Source: Piromyces finnis finn (taxonomy: Eukaryota > Fungi > Neocallimastigomycota). Taken from it: 64,000 bases of DNA. The stretch lies in contig MCFH01000072.1 in the NCBI GenBank assembly GCA_002104945.1, positions 169,646 to 233,645 on the forward strand, written 5' to 3'. Both the position numbers and the translations under genes were made by a program. The notes beneath the pieces were generated by a model. The model worked only from the letters and a program-made list of their open reading frames with translations, did no database searches and was not told the origin of the DNA. This document shows, in pieces, positions 12,801 to 25,544 of the stretch (within the stretch, counting starts at the first letter, position 1; the number at the start of each line of letters is the position of its first letter).

Positions 12801-15800
12801 CATATATATATGTAATTATTACAGGTATTTCAAAATATTCATCAATAAGATCTCTTTTTAAACTAATTTTCTTTTGGATTTTTATTTTAAACCATATTGA
12901 AAATGGTTCTTTTGGTTGAGCAAATGCAAATTGAGGACTTAATTCAAAAGATTCAATAAATGATGGTAATGATTTTATATAAAATTGACTTTGATCTGTT
13001 ATATTTAATCCCATATTTTTAAAGATATTAATGTCAATGTCTTCCAAAAGATTACCATTTGCTTTGTAGAATTTATCATTTGCTAAAGCAACTGTAAATT
13101 TTAATGCCATATTGGATTCATTTTTTATTTGAACTCTATTTCTATATAAACTTCCAGCTACACATAATTTAAAATCTAATACATTATTATCTATAAACAT
13201 AGGAACTTCTAATGCATGACCAATACATTTTATATATATTGGTTTTGCACTTTTATTATCAAATTCAATAATAAATAACTTTACATCTTCTCTAAATTGT
13301 AAAGATACATTATTTATTAGGTTATCACTTGGAGAATGAGGCTCATATTGAGGTGAATATTTAATATTAATATTAATATTTTTATCTCTTATCAATTGAC
13401 CATTGGAATTTTTTATGACTGAAAATAATGGTTCTTTACTAGAATTTCCAACTATATTTTGTTGAACTGTTTTATTTTTTATATTATTTATACTATTTGT
13501 CAGGTTATTATCCTCTATTGTATTTTCTTTAATAACTAAATCATTTGTAATATTAATTTCACTTTTTGATAAATCATAAGTATTATTTATAAAGCTATTT
13601 GAGGAATTTAATTTTTCATCATTATTATTATCGTTTAATTCATTATTTTCAAATATTTCAGTACTTTCTATTGGTCTTATAGAATATGATGTTTCTATAG
13701 CTCCAATATTTCCAATTTCTATAATTTTATTAATGAATCCTCCTGAAATACATTTTCCAAAATATATTTCAATTTCATTATCATTAATTATTTGATTTGA
13801 TGCATATTTTTTATTTGGATCATCACTACTTGCATTAAGTAATTGCGAATTATCACGTAATTTTTTATTAAGATTTTTACCATTAATAGATATGATTTTT
13901 GGAATACATTGTTTTACACAACAGTTAATTGGTATCTTAAATATTCCTCCATATGCCGCTTCAAAGTTAATACTTGAATTTGTAATATTTTCATTAAAGC
14001 CATTTGGACAATTGAAAATAATATCGATTTTGCATGTCATTCCAGCTGACATCATACCTTGTAGCTTATATTGAACTTCAAAATATGATGCTATTTCAAT
14101 AGGAAGTGGTAAAAGTTTAAAAGTATTTACTCTACATGAGGTATTAGTTAATGTTACTTTTTTAACATATCTTTTTCCTGATTCAAAATCTTCAAATGAC
14201 AAACTTGAAGGTTTTGCAGAAAATGGAATAATATTTTTATCTAGTTGATTGACTGTTTCATTTTTTATTTCTTTTACACTAGGAAGTGGGATATGTACTC
14301 TTTCGACTTTATTATTATTATTAAATTTATTTATATCCGATTTTTCTATTTCATTTAATTCACTATTAATTTTCGTAGTTTTTGTATTATCACTATCATA
14401 ATGATACTTTATGCCTTTCTTTTCAAAATTTAATGAATTTTGTTGTTTTTTTGAAATATCATTAAGATTTGATATTTGAATTTCTTTTTCACATGATTTT
14501 GTTATACCATCAATATTAAAACTGATATTTTTATCATTATAATTTTCTTTTTTTTTATCACCATTAGTATCATTTTCTAATGTAATTGTTTTATCTTTAG
14601 AATATGAAGCATTCTTCGTTAAAGTATCTATATTATCGTCATCTAATAAATATTCTTTATGATCTTCAATCAATTTTGAATAATATATATCTTTTTTTCT
14701 ATTATTTATCACATCAGTATATTTTAATATATTTTTATCTTTAATTTCTTTTTGTTCTTCATCAATAATTTTATTTATAATATTATTACTATTTAAATGT
14801 TGATGTATTTTATTTTTTTTAATATTATCATTAATTATAAATCTTCTAGCCTCTATATATTTTACTGGATTATTTAGTTGAAATTCATATTTCGATATTT
14901 CAGGTAAAGGATATTTTGTTTTTTTTAAATTTTGCTTATTTTGATTAATTTCATTATTTAGTAAATGTAAGGTTTCTAATTTTCTATTAATTTCCTTATT
15001 TTTTTGCTCTTCATTTTTAATATTTTCAATTTTATTCTGATTTCGAATTATTAAATAATTAATAATTATTTTGATATAAATATATAAATATAAATAATAT
15101 ATTATTTATAATGTTAAAAATTGTATAATTTTAAACATTTCTTTATTTACCTGGTTTTTAACTTTTAAAACTCTCATATATGCTTCTTTTCTTTTTTTGT
15201 TATTTCTTTTCTCTAGCGATTTATTTTTTAAATTTTCCAAATATTTTTTTTCTTTTTCATCCCTTTTTTTTTGCTTTTCATTTGAAATTAATTTTAAACA
15301 TTTATAATGCTCCATTTTTGATAATCTTTTAGAAGTTATTAACATTTCTTTTAATCTTTCCTTCTCCAACTCTACAGTTAAATAATCCAGGTCTTTGATT
15401 TTTTCATATTCAAGTGTAGAAATACCTAATCTTAAACCAATATTTATTCTTTTTTCATTTAATAAGTCAATTATTTTTTTTGATAATAATAACATTTTAT
15501 ATTTGTCTTTGTGTTCAATATACATATTTCTATATTTAATATCCTCTCGTAGTTCTCGAGACATAGGAACTCTCAATTGGTATGCATGGTTTATATTATA
15601 TTCAAAATCAACAAATGAATTACTTATATCTATATCTGGTACTTTTTGTTTAGCATATTCACATAATTTTATTGTATTATTAACATAATCCATCAATAAA
15701 ACATTTGCTGTATTCTATAATATATGTTCTAATTAATATAAATATATAATAAAGAGTATAATATTATTTATCATATAATATATACCTGTATACTTAGTAT

Positions 15801-16802
15801 ATCATTTTTAATCTCATTAAATAATTTTTCATCTTCCTTTAATTTATTTCTTTTTTCATTTATTTCCCTTTTTTGTTTGAAAAAATCTTTTTGAGCTATT
15901 TCAGAATTAAATTTTTTTGACTGATTATCTGAACTTAAATGATATTTATTTTTATAATCCATATATTTCTCTAATATTTTATTTTTACTATTTTTATATG
16001 ATTCTCCAGAAATATCTGGTAAATCATTAAGCGAATCCATATTTTGAAATAAATTATTATATTTAAATATAAATTCTTCATATTTTCTATCCTTATCATT
16101 TTCTATGCTAATTTTTTTGATAATATTATTTTCTTGATCTTGAATTTTAACATTATTTATATTATTATAATTCTCTTCATTTTCGCTCTTTTTGAAATAT
16201 TTATCTAAAATGTTATCTAGTTTATTTTTATCTTCCATTTTTGATTTAAATTCGTGATACATTCGTTCATCAGGATCATCTATATTATATGCATTTATAT
16301 TATTTTCATCAATTACACGAAAATCTTCTTTATTCTCTTGAAAATAACCAGGAAATAAGTTCTTATCATTATATATAAAATTAAATATTTCATCATTATT
16401 GTATAATTCAGTCCATTCTTCATCATTAATTTGATCTCTTGCATCTTCATATTGATCTTCGTCAAAAAGATTACTTTCTTCATCGCTACTGAAAATCCAT
16501 GGATTACTAGGAAAACTATCGTTATCATGGTCATCATCTTCAAAAGGATAATTAATATCTTCACGACTTTCATAATTATCATATTCGTTTTTAGGCATTA
16601 CCATATCATCATAGTATTTCAAATGATATACTTCAGTATCAATCAATTTATTTTCATTATTAACTAATTCTGTTTTTAAAGTAGTTTCATCCTTTTCAGT
16701 ATTATTATCATTGTCTATAATATTTTCATTACTCTCATCATTTTTTTCATCTTTATAAATAACTTCTTCATTATTTGTATTATTATCTATAGTTGTTTCC
16801 AT
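9898..16802 (-). CDS. CFAP74: Cilia- and flagella-associated protein 74 (ASH/Ig-like repeats); exons 16802-15786, 15714-15151, 15036-9898
   Basis: Acidic/coiled-coil N-terminus, then FEDFESGKRYVKKVTLTNTSCRVNTFKL...GMMSAGMTCKIDIIF and FSPDHESDNYYD motifs typical of CFAP74. The splice junctions keep the frame. Confidence 0.8.
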
Positions 16803-17216
16803 AATTTCAAATTTATATATTTTAATTTTTTTTTTTATTAATAAATAATAAATAATTTTATTAATAATACAAATCTCAAAAATTATACTGCTTTAAAAAA
16901 TAATTTCATTTAATTAAAAAATTATTTGAAATAATATAAACATTTTTAATTTTTATACAAAACTTTAAAAAGTGTAAATTTATTTGAATAAATACTTTCC
17001 ATTTTTATAAAATGTTGGTTATTGATATACATTTAATTTAAAATATATTAATCTAATGTATATTTAATTAATAATTATTTGTATACAAAGTTTTATAATT
17101 AAAAACAACTATTTTTATGTAGTTAATAAAATATAATGTAATTATAAGAATTAATAATAACTATATATAATTTCAATAATAATAATAATAAATAGTAAAA
17201 GTTAATAAGATTTTAA

Positions 17217-19567
17217 TTATTCTTTAGACATATTTTCATTAGCTTTTGGGAACATCTGTGGATGATTTTTCATGAAATTAATTGCAAATTCATCAGCTCC
17301 AACAATAACAAACGGATGTGACCAGAACTTAAGTTGTGCACCTTTTAATATATATTTTTAAATTTTAAAATAAATATTTAATTTATAAATATATATAGAG
17401 AGAATAATATAGCATTATATTACCTATATAGAAATCTTCTGTCTTAAATGTTTCAGTTGATGCTGGATTATTAGGTTCTTTTTTTATAACATTACGTTCT
17501 TAATCATATAAACATATATTTAATTAATATATTATTCCTTTAAAAGTTATGTAATTTATAAAATAAATACTACCTAAAAACTTTGTATGTATAATACCAC
17601 TATTTCTTTGTTGTGGTTCATATACACTAATTGTATCATCTTCTAAATAATATGTAATTATAAATCTTCTATCTAAATCAATTTGCTTTTCAGTATTTAA
17701 AACAGCAAGATATCTAAGATTTACATGCTCCCAGTTAATAAATTTTTGGAAATCTCTTTTAGCTGGTTTTTCAACCAATGGAGAAGCTGGTGGTATCTCA
17801 TATGATTCATCTTCAACATTATCATATTTTTCAAATTCTATATTTTCTAGCATTCTAATACCATATTTTTCATAGTAATAATTGCGAGTAAATTCATCAC
17901 AATCACATATAACGACTTTTCTATTATAAATATCTAAAGTTACACCAATACCTAAGTCATAATCTCTATAATATTCATTTGTTGGTGATTCTTTACATTT
18001 TTCCATATTAATATCTTGTAATGCAACTTTCTTTGGTAAACTAGATCTTCTAAGAAATTGAGTTGATTCATTTCTACCAGAATTTTGAGGGTAATGTTCT
18101 AAAATTTCAATTGTATCATCTGATAAATAATAATGTAAAATCTTTATTTATATAAATATTGTAAAATATTGTATATTAATTCATCAATAAATCAATTATA
18201 GCAAATATTTATGTATAGAATTGTATATAATCAATTATTTATTTACCAATTTACGTTTATCCCCAAACATAGAATTTCTATCATCCCAAATACAATAAAA
18301 TCTTAAAACATGTCTATCATTTTCTAAAAATTGTCTTAAACTATAATCAGCTTTATATGGACGCTTTGGTTGCATTCTATATTTTTTATTAAATAAAATA
18401 ATTACTAAAATTTTTTCATTTTCTTAAAGTAGTATTTTTTTTAAAAAAAAATACCTTCTTAACTCATCCTTTCTATTTTCTGTAAATGGATCAGATGGGT
18501 AATCTGAATTTTCTGGAACCTGAATACCCAAATTTGTTAAGAAATTCTATATTGTACATGATAAATTCATTAATTTTAACTGAATACAGTTTATTAAATG
18601 ATTTTTGATAATTAGTTTATAATAACATACACGAGTGAAATTATCACAACCAATAACAATGAAGTCTCTTGAGTAAATTTTTAAAACCTTTCCAACATTA
18701 AAATCAAGTACTGTATAATGTTGATTTTTTGGACCATTTGGTAAAGGAACTTTATGTCTATTTAGAAAATCGGCTTTAATAAGTTTTTATTAAATTTTAT
18801 TATTGGATTATTATTAAAATAATATGCAATTATGTAATTTTAGAAATTAATAAATTTAAATTAATAATTATATTTTGATTTTTATTATATGATTTTCCAT
18901 ACATTGAGGAATTCCACTGTTTAATATCTTAGGTTCAATAATATGAACAGAATCATCTTCAAGATAGAAATAAATAATTACTCTTTAAATTATATTTAAG
19001 CATATGAATTATGTTATTGTTAGTTATAATATAGTTCGTATTTATACTATTTTATATTACTTTCTAATTCGAAAGCGTTCATCTCTTCTTTCCTGTACAT
19101 CTTCCACAAAATAAGCATAAAATCTTAAAACCTTTCAAATATTTTTATATATAAAATGAATAATTACATTATTATTTAAAATTAAATAACTTATTTAGCT
19201 TTAAATATAATATTACTTTTCTATCAAAAGCAATCCATGCTGGAATACTTTCAGAACCATCACTTTTTGGATATACCGATATAGAAGTTTTAATATTATC
19301 TTGCTCAACATGTGGCAATGGTATTCCACCTACAGATATTATTTATAAAGTTTTGAATATTCAATAATTTATGAATCTATAATAGGCATAATTATTTTTC
19401 ATATAATTACCAATTCCTGGTTTTCTGTCATTAACTAAACTTATATCTCTTTTCTTGTCAAGTGCATGAGACTTTCTAAAATTTGGAAGAAATCTTTTAT
19501 TTAATTCAAAATTATTTCCAGGAAGAAATGGAAGACTATCCTGGAGCTTTTGATAAATTGGATCCAT
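17217..19567 (-). CDS. EFHC1: EFHC1/RIB72-family microtubule inner protein, three DM10 domains, no EF-hand exon found
   Basis: LPFLPGN N-terminus; DM10 motifs VLRFYAYF...YFYLEDDSVHIIEPKILNSGIPQ, VLRFYCIWDD...YYLSDDTIEI and NLRYLAVL...YYLEDDTISVYEPQQRNSGI; stop TAA at 17217-17219. Confidence 0.9.
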
Positions 19568-20074
19568 ATCAAGTTTTAGTTTTTATGAAATTCAAAATAT
19601 ATATTAAACAACAATGGATAAATATATTTTACAATACAAAACTTATTAAACAACTAATTAATAATTAATATTTTAATAATTAAAATTAATAATGTATAAT
19701 AGTTTTTGAATTAAATAATAATTTTATATACTTTTAAAAAGAATAAATTTTTTAAAACTATAATTTTTTAAAAAACTTAAAAATAAAAAAAACTGATATT
19801 AAATGTTTTTATATTAGTTTATATAAGTATTGTTAAAATTGTTATTAAATTTACAAAGGTTAACAAAAAATATTGTTTGTATCTTAAAACCAGCATGAAA
19901 TTAGTATTTAAATTAAATATAATTATATAATATATTATCCTAATAAAAATTATATAATTATAAATGTTCTAATATGTAAAATTTTTACATAAATAAAAAT
20001 ATTGTTTTTTTTTAGATTTAATAATGAAAATTTTTATTAAATAAATGTTTTTTATTATTATAAAATATAAATTA

Positions 20075-21091
20075 TTAAAGATTATTGTTTTTAGATGAAA
20101 TAATTTTCTTTGAATTTTCATGAATACAATTAAATATAGATGTTTCCAGCGATTTCATTCTAATTGCTTCTTTTTCATATAAAGTCTTTATATATTCGTC
20201 CTTTTTCTTAATATCAGATTTTAATTTATTAATTATTTCCTTATTCTGATCATCATTATCATTAAGAATTGATATTTCATTTTGATATTTTACTTCTCTT
20301 GCACGAAATTCATCTTTTATCTTTTCTATTTCGATTTTCATATCATATTCAGCGTTTTTAAATTTTCCTTTATAAGTATTTATTTCACTCATGAGTGAAA
20401 TTATTTTTTCATTTAATTGATCTAATTTTTTCTTTTTATTATTTAATTCATATTCTAATTTTGAATTAATTTTTTCTTTTTCTTTAATTTTATTTTCTTT
20501 TTGACTTATTTCTTGACTATATTGTTTTCTAAGAACTTCTAATTGTTTTTCAAAATTCCCTTTCTGATGCTGGAATTCACTAACTTTCATCAATATAATT
20601 CTTATTTTATTTTCCTAACAGAAATTTAATATTATTAGTTTATTACTCTAAAAAAATATTTTAGTTTGAATAAATAAATATGCAACAATCTTACAATATC
20701 ATTCTTTAATTGTCTTTTAATACATGCTTTTTCATTTTCTGATTTTACTTTAAAACTATTTATTTTATTTTCCATTATTTTAAGAGTCTTAAATATATAT
20801 AATATTTTTTTATATAGAATAATAGATTGATTATTAATATTACTACTAAAATTTTTATATATAAATAATTTTTTAAATATATATAACATTAACCTTGCAA
20901 AGTAATATTTTTTCTTTCTCTAATTCAGATATTTTATTAATATATTTTTCGAATTCACTGCTATATTTATTTGTTAGTTCATATTCATTATCTTCAATTT
21001 TTTTAGCATATTGAATATCTAAATTAAACAATTTATCTTAAATAATATAAAAGAAATTAGAGATAATTTTAATATTAGTAAATACAATAAC

Positions 21092-21156
<65 letters not shown>

Positions 21157-24100
21157 CTTCAAATTGTTTAATTAAAGAGTCTTCTTTTCTTTTTAAATCT
21201 TCTATTTCTTCATTCATTTTATCATTTTCTTTAGATGTTATTATTAATTTATGTTTTAAATTATCTATTATTCTTTTGTTATTTTCATATTCTTTATTTA
21301 ATAATATGATATCCTCAGGAGTAATATAACCCTTTAATACATAAATAATTTTTAATATATATATATTTTTAATTAACAATTATTTATAATAAAATAATAT
21401 TATTTATTAATATAATAATTAAATTAAGCTATTTTTTTATGTTGAATTAGTCAATTACATTATCTTCGTGGAACTTTATTCTTGATTTTAAATATTCATT
21501 TTCTTTCATTATTTGTGTTATTTGTGATATCAATTCTGGAGAAAGGATTTTATTCGGAATACAATTTTCACTATTTATTGAACTAACTTCAGATAATTCA
21601 TCTTCTTTATCATTATCATTACCTCTTCTATTTTCAAAGGATGAGTCAATATATATTTTATCATTTATTAACTTAATATCACTTTGACTTGTAGAATTTG
21701 ATTTAATATCATTAAACTCATTTGAATCTATGCTTTTTTCATTAAAATTTTTATTATAATTATTATTAACTATATTGTCATTGGCATTGGCATAATTGTT
21801 ATTGTTATTGTTATTGCTATTATTATTATTATTATTATTAATATTATTATTATTATTATTTGTAGTATTTTTAATATTATTATTATTATTTATAGTATTT
21901 CTAATATTGGCATTAATTTTATAATTGTTGTTGTTGCTTGTATAATTAGCATAATTAATGTTGTCGTTTTCATAATTAGGATCAGTAATGTTGCTATTAT
22001 TAATAAAGTTGGAATCACTAGTATTGTTATTTTCATTTATATTATTTGTGCTATTATTATAATTGTTATTATTAATATTACTTGAGTTATTATAAATATT
22101 ACTTTCGCTATAGAGCTCATCATTATCATTATTTTCGTTTTTATTATTAATTTTATTATTAATAATAATTTCGAGATTTTGTAAATCTATTGTTAAAATA
22201 AAAATTAATATTAAATATTAAAAAATAAATAATAATATAAATAAAAATATATTTTATATTATATATTTATTAATCTTTTAAAATTTTATTACTTTCATTG
22301 GCCTTACTATTAAAATCATTTATATTTATATCTTTTAAATTGTCAAGAAACATATTTTTTTTAGAATTAACTCTATTGCATAAACATTTATCCTGAATAT
22401 TATTGCATTGACAATCATTAGAACGTGTTGAATATTGGTTATTTGCTTTATAATTATATATGGATTATTTATTATTTCATTATATTAATATTATATTAAT
22501 TTTTATAAAATATATTTAATTAGTATTAGTAATATTAATATTTTAAATATTATATTATATGATTATATATAAAATATTTACAATTAAACAAAATATTTGA
22601 ATTTATATAGTTATCATTTATATTAAAATCAAAATTGTTTAAAATATTTTTATTATCATTTTTCATATTTAATTTTTCATTAGTTATAAAATCTACTTTA
22701 TTATCATAGTCCATATTAAAGGATAAAAGATCATCAATTGAAATATTTTCTTGAGATGACAAAAATTTAATAAAATCATCAATTGAATCAGTTTTATCTA
22801 AATCTATTTTAAATGTTTCTGTATAATTTTTCTCAGTATTTTTCTTTTTATAATTTGTTAATTCTTTTGGTTCTATCTTTACGTTTCTACTATATTTAAT
22901 TATATCCTCACTTTCACTATCGAAAGATTTTAAGTATTTATCATAATTTTTTATTTCGAAATTTGAATCAAGATCCATGCTAAGATCCAAATTAAGATCA
23001 ACATCAAAAGAATTATTATATGATGATGGTATATCACTTGATTTATTATTATATAATGAATATGTTTTACTGGATGGTTTTTTATGAGATGATTTATTAT
23101 CGGTTTTTATTTTATTCTTTTGATGTTTTAAATATTCTTTATTTGATATAGATGATTTTTCATTTTCATCATCATTGTCTTCGTCATCATTATCACTTTC
23201 ATTGATTTTACAAAGTTTTTTATCTTTTTTATTATTAAATAAAATATTTTAATTTAATTTTTAATATTTTTAATATAAAAATATAATTATATTATTATAT
23301 CATTAATACTCAATTATTTATAATTATATATACCAATTTTCTTCAATAAATCCGAATCTATATTATTTCCAAATAAATCTAATTCTGTTAAAGAATTATG
23401 TGGTAATAACTTCATAATATATCTTGCAAATGAATTTCCAAACTTATTATATTTCATGTCTATAATTATTAAGTATTAATACATATTACAAATATTAATT
23501 ATAAACATTTATAGAATACTAAATCTCAAATATAAATCTTAATTGTTTTATTATTTACCAATTTTTTTTATTTTCCTATTCTTTTTTAAACATTTTATAA
23601 ATTCTATTGCCCCTTCAGATGTAATTTGATTATGATTTAAAATAATATCTTCTATTGTTTTATTTTTTGTAAGTGCTTCGCCTATTTTTTTCATATTTTC
23701 AACCTCCGAACCCAATAAATTTTCTTCTAAATTCAAGCTTATATTATAATGAACAAACTATTAACATAAATATATATTATATATAAGCATATTAATTTTA
23801 TATTTATTTACCATGTAATTGTTTTGTTTTTTACTATTAATTCAACTATGTCATCAATATTTTCTTTTCTTTAAAAAAGGTTTTTTATATATTTAATATA
23901 TCATTCAATATTTTTTTATTATATGTTGATCATATATATCAAAATAAAATCATTATATTTACTAACTTTAAATGATTATTTTTTAAATATAATACTTTAA
24001 TAGTATTATTTGATGCAAGGGTCTCAGAAATCTTCGAAAATCCTCTTGAACTGAATGCAAAATAACACTGAGTAAGTGATAATATGTCGAGATTTTCTTG

Positions 24101-24397
24101 TCCTTTAATTAATTCTGATAAAATTTTTACTTTCTATTTAATTATTAAATAAAAAATTATTAATTTATTCAAAATATATTTTATAAAAAAAAATTTTACC
24201 TTTTTCATATTACTTATTTTATCCTGAGAAGACAATTTTTTAGAATTACTAGAAAGGATCCACTTTATATCCATTGTATTAAATCCATTATCATTACCCT
24301 GATCCAATACTAAATTCATATCTAATAGATCCATGTCATATTTATGGCATAATTTAATATATTGAGAATTATAATCTTCACTAACGACGGAACTCAT
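20075..24397 (-). CDS. LRRC45: LRRC45-like protein: N-terminal RI-type LRRs, N-rich linker, C-terminal coiled coil
   Basis: EDYNSQYIKLCHKY N-terminus; LRRs LNLEENLLG, IILNHNQITSEGA, DMKYNKFG and NSLTELDLFGNNIDSDLL parallel human LRRC45 from memory; long K/E coiled coil in the last exons. Confidence 0.7.
21092..21155. repeat. (AAT)n microsatellite, about 21 units, at the 5' end of an LRRC45 intron
   Basis: Direct inspection; follows the donor GAAG|GTATT on the minus strand. Confidence 0.95.
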
Positions 24398-25544
24398 TTT
24401 TCTTTTTTTATAATAATTAATTAATCCTCATAAAATTCGAATTATTATAATCTTAATTTTGTTAATATATAAATGGATATTATATTAAAAGTATTAAAGG
24501 ATAAGAGCAAAAGACTCTAATATATAAATAAAATATTTTTACAAGTTAACATTTAATTCGAAAAAAATAAATATAAAGTGTAAAATCAATATATAAACTG
24601 ATAATTTAATACATTGACAAATTTTTTGCAATTCTACAACTTTAATATATATAATTGTATTTTATGTATTTTATAGTTATTAAAGGTGCAAAATAGTTTA
24701 ATTTTTAATTATAATAAATATATAAAATAAAAATTTGTTTATTTTTTCTTGAAAAGCTCGAAATAATTGAAAATCACCTTTCAATAAACATAAATACAAT
24801 ATATATATATATTTAATAAGAGTTCCCGTTTATTAAAAAATATATTTCATAAAATACTATAAAAAGAAAAAGTTGCATCATTCTTTATATAAAATATATA
24901 ACTTGATTAGGTTAGCTGGTATATATATTTAAAATTTTTAATAGTGATAGCTAATGTACTTAATGTAACTGACGTACATTTTTTCTAATATGTATTTTTC
25001 TATTATTTTACATTAATTCTTTATAATGTATAATCCATATAATAGAAAATATAAAATTATTTTAAAAAAATCTTAAAATTTTATATTTATTATTAATATA
25101 TATATTATATAAGTAAATGATTTATTTAACCATTTATTTAAATCAATAATAATTAAAAATCAAATTAAAAAATCAAGTTAATTTTAATATATATATTAAA
25201 TTAAAAAAAAAATAAATGTAAAGTTTTAAAATTAAAATCTTTTTACATAAATAAAAATATTATTATTAATAAGGTAAATTTAAAAGAAATTATTTATCGG
25301 CACTTTGAATTAACAATAATAAATATTAAATTAATTTAATAACGATAGTAAATATTAATATAAAATTAGTTAATAATTATGAAAAGAGTATTTAAATTTA
25401 TTAATAATATTATAATTTATTTATTTTATAAATGTCTTTAATTATTTTTTATTTTCATTATTCACTTTTTATACAAATAATAAATTTATTAAAAATTAGT
25501 AATTAGAATAATTTTATATTTAAAAAGTCTTTAAATTATTAAAT

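Noticed and set aside
12665-14074. Antisense ORFs overlapping real genes (also 8281-8505, 39173-39601, 46933-47367, 63275-63544)
   Set aside because: Shadows of the coding strand's codon bias.
16803-17216. Search for RFX X-boxes upstream of the ciliary genes (also 19568-20074 and 24398-25544)
   Set aside because: No convincing GTNRCC-N-RGYAAC match was seen.
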